DNA of 64,000 bases from an uncultured virus (IMG/VR IMGVR_UViG_3300025687_000023) (lineage: Duplodnaviria; Heunggongvirae; Uroviricota; Caudoviricetes): IMG/VR virus record IMGVR_UViG_3300025687_000023; one strand, 5' to 3'. Positions 58,480 to 64,000 of the stretch are shown piece after piece (position 1 is the first letter of the stretch; each line of letters begins with the position of its first letter). Under the pieces are notes generated by a model. It did no database searches and was not told where the DNA came from. It saw nothing but the letters and a program-made list of their open reading frames with translations. Both the position numbers and the translations under genes were made by a program.

Positions 58480-58503
58480 CATTTAGAAATTCTAGGTTAT
58501 ACT
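58476..58503 (+). promoter_or_regulatory. sigma70 promoter upstream of helicase
   Basis: TTGACA-16-TATACT. Confidence 0.6.
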
Positions 58504-58524
58504 TATTGAACACTCGGAGGTAAT

Positions 58525-59880
58525 ATGAATAAGGAAAAAGATACCTTTGTCTTTTATGGCAAAGACTTTCAAGAAAAGGTGGCACAATTGATGCTTGAAG
58601 ACCGACCTTTTTGCGATCAAATAGAAGAGGTCTTAGAACTAGAATTCTTCTCTTCTGCTTATATCAGAGCATTAGTAGAAACAGTTCTAGACTATAGAAA
58701 CAAATACGAAAGGCATCCACACTTTGCCACAATAGAAACTGAGGTAAAGAAAGGAAACAAGAACTATGATAAAGCAGTTCAATCTCAAGTCAGTCAGTTT
58801 GTCGGTAGAATTAAAGCTAATGAGCTAACAGATAGAGATTATATCAAAGACCAGGCTGTTGATTTCTGTAAGAAACAATGTCTTAAGAAAGCTATTCTTG
58901 AATCAGCTGATTTAGTCAAGAAAGGTGATTACGATTCAATTACAAAAATAATTAATGAGGCTCTATCAAAAGGAAATGACCAAAACTTTGGTCACGATTG
59001 GTTTAAAGACTTAGATCATCGTTACATCAAAAAGTCTCGCAAACCAATAACAACAGGTTGGCAGAAAATTGATGAAATAACCAAAGGTGGTATTGGCTCA
59101 AAAGAGTTAGCTGTTGTTATTGCTCCAACTGGTGCTGGTAAGTCAATGGTTTTGGTTCATCTTGGAGCTGAAGCCCTCAAACTTGGAAAGAAAGTTGTTC
59201 ATTATACTTTAGAGCTTGCAGACACTGTTGTTGGTATTCGTTATGATTCTTGTTTATCAAAAGTTGATCTTCGAGATATCATGGATTCTAAAGATATTGT
59301 TAAAGAAAGAATAAAAGATGTTTCTGGAAAACTAATTATCAAAGAATATCCAACTAAATCTGCTTCAACGAAGTCCATAAAGAATCATTTGGAGAAGTTA
59401 AAAAAGCAAAACATCTTACCTGATGTTGTCATTGTTGACTATGCTGATTTGCTTCGACCTGTTTCTCACGGAGCTGAAAAGAGACATGACTTGGAAGGAA
59501 TCTATGAAGAGTTGAGAGGGCTTGCATCTGAATTTGATTGCGCCTTTATAACAGCATCACAAACAAACCGTGGAGGTCTTAATGCTGAAGTTATCACAAT
59601 GGAGTCTATTTCAGAAGCTTTTAATAAGTGCTTTGTTGCTGACTTCATTTTCTCGTTATCAAGAACACCACAAGATAAACAAGCTAACGCAGGCCGTTTA
59701 TTTATTGCTAAAAATAGAAACGGACCAGATGGTCTTGTCTTTCCAGCTGCCGTTGATTGGGCAACTGTTTCAATAGATGTGCTAGATAGAAGAGGTGATG
59801 AAGAGCCTCCACAATTGACTGCTAAAGAACAATTATCAAGTCTTCAAAAGTATTATACAAAACTATCAGGATCAAAATAA
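58525..59880 (+). CDS. dnaB: Replicative DnaB-type helicase (gp41-like)
   Basis: APTGAGKS, YTLE, VDYADL, TASQTNR, KNRNG. Confidence 0.92.
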   Translation: MNKEKDTFVFYGKDFQEKVAQLMLEDRPFCDQIEEVLELEFFSSAYIRALVETVLDYRNKYERHPHFATIETEVKKGNKNYDKAVQSQVSQFVGRIKANELTDRDYIKDQAVDFCKKQCLKKAILESADLVKKGDYDSITKIINEALSKGNDQNFGHDWFKDLDHRYIKKSRKPITTGWQKIDEITKGGIGSKELAVVIAPTGAGKSMVLVHLGAEALKLGKKVVHYTLELADTVVGIRYDSCLSKVDLRDIMDSKDIVKERIKDVSGKLIIKEYPTKSASTKSIKNHLEKLKKQNILPDVVIVDYADLLRPVSHGAEKRHDLEGIYEELRGLASEFDCAFITASQTNRGGLNAEVITMESISEAFNKCFVADFIFSLSRTPQDKQANAGRLFIAKNRNGPDGLVFPAAVDWATVSIDVLDRRGDEEPPQLTAKEQLSSLQKYYTKLSGSK

Positions 59881-59891
59881 AGGAGTACAAG

Positions 59892-61748
59892 ATGGCTATA
59901 GAGAACAAAATACTATCGGACATAACAGTCCACATGAAATATGCTCGCTACCTTCCCGAAGAGCAGAGAAGAGAAAACTGGGCTGAATTAGTTACCAGAA
60001 ACAAGCAAATGCATATCAAAAAATTTCCCAGTTTAAAAGAGGAGATTGATTGGGCTTATGAATTTGTTTACGATAAAAAGGTTTTACCTTCGATGCGCTC
60101 AATGCAATTTGGAGGAAAACCTATTGATGTTTCTCCAAACCGTATTTTCAACTGTGCTTATGCTCCTGTTGATCACATGAGGGTTTTTGGTGAAATTATG
60201 TTTCTTCTTCTTGGAGGAACTGGTGTAGGATATTCAGTTCAAAATCATCACATAGAAAAATTACCAGTTATTCAAAGACCCTCTGGAAAAAGAACCCGTC
60301 GTTTTCTTATTGGAGATTCAATCGAAGGATGGGCTGATTCTGTAAATGCTCTAATGAAGTGCTATTTTACAGGTGGTTCTAAGATTCGTTTTGACTTCTC
60401 TGACATTCGTCCTAAAGGTGCTCGCTTGGTTACTTCAGGTGGCAAAGCACCTGGTCCACAGCCCCTAAAAGAATGTCTTGTTAAGATTGAAGGAATTCTA
60501 CAATCAAAAGAAAACGGAGACCAATTGACCACAATTGAAGTTCATGATATTATTTGTCATGTTGCGGATGCTGTTTTGGCTGGTGGTATTAGACGAGCAG
60601 CTTTAATAGCTCTTTTCTCAGCAGATGATGATGCTATGCTTGGTGCTAAAAGTGGTGCTTGGTGGGAAGAAAACCCCCAAAGAGGACGTGCAAACAACTC
60701 GGTAGTCATAATGAGGCACCGCATTGATAAAGCCACCTTCTTGAACCTCTGGGAGCGTGTAAAAGCTAGTGGAGCTGGAGAGCCAGGATTCTACTTTACT
60801 AATGATAAAGATTATGGATGTAACCCTTGTTGCGAAATTGCTCTTCGCCCTTTTCAATTCTGTAATCTAACCGAGATCAATGTTTCTGATGTCGAGACAC
60901 AAGAGGAATATAACGCAAGAGCACAAGCTGCTGCTATTATTGGAACACTTCAAGCTGCTTATACTGACTTTCATTATCTTCGTCCTATTTGGCAAAGAAA
61001 CACAGAGAAAGATTATCTTATTGGTGTTTCAATGACAGGTATTGCCTCAGGTAAAGTCCTCCAATTGGACATGCCACAAGCCGCAAAGGAAGTAAAAGAT
61101 ATGAATGCTCAAATTGCTGCTGCTATTGGAATCGGACCAGCTTCTCGTTGCACTACAGTAAAACCAGCTGGAACAACTTCTCTGACTCTTGGAACCAGTT
61201 CCGGAATTCATGCGTGGCATAATGACTATTATCTCCGCAGAATCCGCGTAGGGAAGAATGAGTCTATTTATACTTACCTTCAAATTTATCATCCTGAATT
61301 GATTGAGGACGAATACTTTAGACCTCACGACACAGCAGTTATTTCTGTTCCACAGAAAGCACCTGAAGGAGCTATCACACGTCACGAATCAGCTTTGGAT
61401 CTTTTGGAGAGAGTAAAACAAGTCCACATTGATTGGGTAAAAGAAGGACATAGAAGTGGACAAAACACCAACAATGTTTCTGCTACTATTACTATCAAGC
61501 CTGACGAATGGGAACCTGTAGGAGAATGGATGTGGGAGAACAAGCACAATTACAATGGTTTGTCTGTTCTTCCTTATTCAGATCACTCTTACAAACAAGC
61601 TCCTTTTGAGGACTGCACCAAAGAAGAATTTGAAGCTCTATTACCTTCCCTTAAAGAAGTTGATCTAGACAAAGTAATTGAGATCGATGATAATACAAAT
61701 CTTACAGGCGAATTGGCTTGTGCCGGTGGTGCCTGTACCGTTACCTAA
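59892..61748 (+). CDS. nrdJ: Class II (AdoCbl-dependent) ribonucleotide reductase
   Basis: FNCAY, GGIRRAALI, NPCCEI, TVKPAGTTS, C-terminal CAGGAC. Confidence 0.9.
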   Translation: MAIENKILSDITVHMKYARYLPEEQRRENWAELVTRNKQMHIKKFPSLKEEIDWAYEFVYDKKVLPSMRSMQFGGKPIDVSPNRIFNCAYAPVDHMRVFGEIMFLLLGGTGVGYSVQNHHIEKLPVIQRPSGKRTRRFLIGDSIEGWADSVNALMKCYFTGGSKIRFDFSDIRPKGARLVTSGGKAPGPQPLKECLVKIEGILQSKENGDQLTTIEVHDIICHVADAVLAGGIRRAALIALFSADDDAMLGAKSGAWWEENPQRGRANNSVVIMRHRIDKATFLNLWERVKASGAGEPGFYFTNDKDYGCNPCCEIALRPFQFCNLTEINVSDVETQEEYNARAQAAAIIGTLQAAYTDFHYLRPIWQRNTEKDYLIGVSMTGIASGKVLQLDMPQAAKEVKDMNAQIAAAIGIGPASRCTTVKPAGTTSLTLGTSSGIHAWHNDYYLRRIRVGKNESIYTYLQIYHPELIEDEYFRPHDTAVISVPQKAPEGAITRHESALDLLERVKQVHIDWVKEGHRSGQNTNNVSATITIKPDEWEPVGEWMWENKHNYNGLSVLPYSDHSYKQAPFEDCTKEEFEALLPSLKEVDLDKVIEIDDNTNLTGELACAGGACTVT

Positions 61749-61843
61749 TTACACAAATAAAAACAACTTTTTTCTTATTGGCGTGTGGAATAGAAGAATA
61801 TAATACTATTTACTATACTACAAACCAATAAGGAGGGTTTTTT

Positions 61844-62407
61844 ATGAAAGGAAAGGAATTAAAAGGTAAAAAGTTTCATCACTTGTTGGTGCTTGAAAGA
61901 GCATCATCAAATAGACAAGGTAGTAGAACTTGGCTTTGTCAATGTGACTGTGGAAAACAAAAGATTTTTTCTACTGATCATTTGACAAGAAAGAAATCAC
62001 CTGTGAAATCTTGTGGATGTAAAGCTATCAAAAGTGGAAAAGAACATCATCAATGGAGCGGATGTGGAGATATTTCTGGAGGTTGGTGGGCGTCACATGT
62101 CACAAGAGAGAGAAAACAAGGAACCAGAGCAAAAGTCCCAGTTACGGTTACGATAGAGGAAGCATGGGAACTGTTTTTAAAACAAGATAGAAAATGTGCT
62201 TTATCAGGAGTAGAATTGACAATTGGCAACAATCGCTACAATGATGCCTCAATAGATAGAATTGATAGTTCCAAAGGATATGAATTGGGCAACATACAAT
62301 GGGTTCACAAACATATAAACTTTATGAAAAGAACATATTCACAAGACTATTTTATTGAAATGTGTAAAAAAGTAACAGAAAATAATTCTAAAAAACTTGA
62401 CAAATAA
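61844..62407 (+). CDS. Free-standing HNH-type homing endonuclease
   Basis: WLCQCDCG N-terminal domain; CALSG...SIDRIDSSKGY..GNIQWV...N. Confidence 0.75.
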   Translation: MKGKELKGKKFHHLLVLERASSNRQGSRTWLCQCDCGKQKIFSTDHLTRKKSPVKSCGCKAIKSGKEHHQWSGCGDISGGWWASHVTRERKQGTRAKVPVTVTIEEAWELFLKQDRKCALSGVELTIGNNRYNDASIDRIDSSKGYELGNIQWVHKHINFMKRTYSQDYFIEMCKKVTENNSKKLDK

Positions 62408-62425
62408 CAAACAATATGTTATAAT
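62397..62425 (+). promoter_or_regulatory. sigma70 promoter
   Basis: TTGACA-17-TATAAT with TG. Confidence 0.85.
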
Positions 62426-62455
62426 ATAATTTCATAATAAACAAAAGGAGAACTT

Positions 62456-62641
62456 ATGAAACAAAAACTTGAACAATTGATTGAAGAGCTACAAGCTATT
62501 CTAACTGATGTTGAGAAAGTAGACGAAAAGTCTTATGGTTATAAAGCATCAGCTGTCCGTGCAAGAAAAACACTTCACGAAGCAAGAAACCAATTCCAAG
62601 AGCTTCGTAAAGAAATTCAAGCAAAGAAAAACGAAGAATAG
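62456..62641 (+). CDS. Histone H1-like (Hc1-family) small protein
   Basis: GYKASAVRARK.L.......QELRKE pattern. Confidence 0.6.
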   Translation: MKQKLEQLIEELQAILTDVEKVDEKSYGYKASAVRARKTLHEARNQFQELRKEIQAKKNEE

Positions 62642-62643
62642 AC

Positions 62644-62672
62644 TTGACAAAACATAAATAATGTGTTATAAT
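62644..62672 (+). promoter_or_regulatory. sigma70 promoter
   Basis: TTGACA-17-TATAAT with TG. Confidence 0.85.
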
Positions 62673-62757
62673 ATAAATGCTGCTTGACCTTTGGGTGTTG
62701 AGTAGAACTTGTGGCAACTCTTCTTTGCGCGACAAGTATTCTTTTATTGGAGGTTAA

Positions 62758-63045
62758 ATGTTTATAAATATATACAACAGACATGTTCTTGTTGAACTTG
62801 TCGAGAAAGAAGAAGAAACCAAAGAGTCACTTATCGCTTTACCGCAAGATTACAAGAAACAAGAATCGCCTTATGTTGTTGTAAGAGTAATACAATTTTC
62901 TGATGAATGCAAATTGTTCCTTGAACCTGGCGATCTTATTGTTATTGAACGAAGAATGCTAACAGAAATAGAAATAAAGGGTCAAAAGAACTATTTAGTG
63001 TTAGAAAATTACATCTATGGGAGATTAAACGATGAAACTTACTAA
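62758..63045 (+). CDS. groES: GroES/Cpn10-like co-chaperonin
   Basis: NRHVLVE, mobile-loop-like ETKESLIALP, PGDLIV, YLVLENYIYG; 95 aa. Confidence 0.7.
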   Translation: MFINIYNRHVLVELVEKEEETKESLIALPQDYKKQESPYVVVRVIQFSDECKLFLEPGDLIVIERRMLTEIEIKGQKNYLVLENYIYGRLNDETY

Positions 63046-63718
63046 ACAACTATTAAAGGAAATGATCCTTAAAGAAATGCAGAACCTTACACCAGCCCAA
63101 ATAGAGCAAGAAGTTAAAAAACACATAATGCAGGTAGAAGATCCAAACGGAGTACAAAATATTGCTTTTATTACAGCTCACGAACCTCCCGGTGGAGGCG
63201 AAAACTTTGAATGGGATAATGAAGAAATGCAATTCCATATTAAATCGATGTTAAAGAGAAGAGGATATACAGAGATTTATCCAATAATCGGAAACTACGG
63301 TGGTCAACTTGAAGGATCTCTAATGGTAGTTGAAAGAAACCAGTCACAATCTGAATTTCTAGACCAAATGGTTTCTGTAGGAAAGCAATTTAATCAAGAT
63401 GCTGTGATAGTTGGAACAAAACAGGAATCAATGCAAATGTCAAGAAATGCTCAAGGAGATCTTTTACCAGGACCAGCTTATTCAATGGAATTTCAAATGA
63501 TAAATCTGCACCCAACAAAAAAAGGAATTCCAAATATGGACTTTAGACAACAAAGCATTTATGACACAAGAGACCAGGTTCAATTCGGACCAGCTGTACA
63601 AAATAGAACAACTGACTTCTCTCAAGCAGGAAATTTTAAGTTTGTTATTCCTTTCTTTTCATCAGCACCAGCAGATCAAAACAAATTTAGAGCAAATGTC
63701 AGAAACGTCGGTGAATAA
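63032..63718 (+). CDS. SAM-lyase/DUF3293-like protein with MKLTKQLLKEMILKE leader
   Basis: FITA, N, G.YG...E.S, FNQDAVI pattern; CTATTTA at 62991. Confidence 0.5.
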   Translation: MKLTKQLLKEMILKEMQNLTPAQIEQEVKKHIMQVEDPNGVQNIAFITAHEPPGGGENFEWDNEEMQFHIKSMLKRRGYTEIYPIIGNYGGQLEGSLMVVERNQSQSEFLDQMVSVGKQFNQDAVIVGTKQESMQMSRNAQGDLLPGPAYSMEFQMINLHPTKKGIPNMDFRQQSIYDTRDQVQFGPAVQNRTTDFSQAGNFKFVIPFFSSAPADQNKFRANVRNVGE

Positions 63719-64000
63719 ATGTTATATAGTAAAACAATATCCATTTACGATGATGATATCGGTTCTGTCTCTTATGTTCAGCATATGGGTAGCGATCTTA
63801 CTGTGGTTAATTCAGCAAGAGTCTCCTTTGGTGTGGAAAAAACTGAACTGGATGATAGAGACAGAAAGCTTATCAATTATCTTATTAAACACAAACATAC
63901 TTCAACTCTCGAGCACAATTCTGTTACTTTCAAGTTTGTCGTGCCTTTGTTTGTTCGTTCACAACACCATCGTCATAGGACGTGGTCTTATAATGAGATT
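63719..64000 (+). CDS. thyX: Flavin-dependent thymidylate synthase, 3'-partial
   Basis: MGSDLTVVNSARVS, H.S.LEH, RSQHHRHRTWSYNE. Confidence 0.92.
   Translation, partial: MLYSKTISIYDDDIGSVSYVQHMGSDLTVVNSARVSFGVEKTELDDRDRKLINYLIKHKHTSTLEHNSVTFKFVVPLFVRSQHHRHRTWSYNEI

Noticed and set aside
385..63238. Other short alternative-frame and minus-strand ORFs in the track
   Set aside because: They overlap well-supported plus-strand genes and lack RBS or motifs
1..64000. CRISPR array, tRNAs, introns/inteins, DGR, stop-codon reassignment
   Set aside because: No spaced repeats, cloverleafs or reverse transcriptase seen by eye. TerL, helicase, RecA and NrdJ are uninterrupted. TAG and TGA end genes normally, with dense code-11 coding.

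Overview
This 64 kb window comes from a large, AT-rich, lytic T4-related myovirus. It uses genetic code 11 and all credible genes lie on the + strand. Order: an SbcD/SbcC-type (gp47/gp46) fusion truncated at the left edge; putative lysis genes; terminase, portal, prohead protease and ribosomal protein bS21; fibre/decoration-like proteins; scaffold, major capsid, neck, sheath, tube, tape measure and baseplate genes. A sigma70-driven early/replication block follows: short family-A polymerase, tubulin/FtsZ-like, PspA, gp32-type SSB, GHKL ATPase, RecA, 5'-3' exonuclease, DnaB-type helicase, class II RNR, HNH endonuclease, Hc1-like, GroES-like and ThyX. The most striking signal is about 12 otherwise unrelated proteins sharing an N-terminal leader (MKITNKQLKQIIKEEL...[IL]xE, or MKI[RK]I...LNE). 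Their cargo domains resemble a DEDDh exonuclease, protein kinase, zincin, P-loop kinase, GNAT and SAM lyase. I interpret this as a modular capsid-packaging/injected-effector system. Also visible: a candidate late promoter (CTAYTTA) before about 15 late genes, RBS-sequestering hairpins spanning that promoter, several H-type pseudoknots in early-region intergenes, and a probable +1/-2 frameshift in the tail-assembly region. Product calls rest on motif recognition and synteny by eye; no database search was run.
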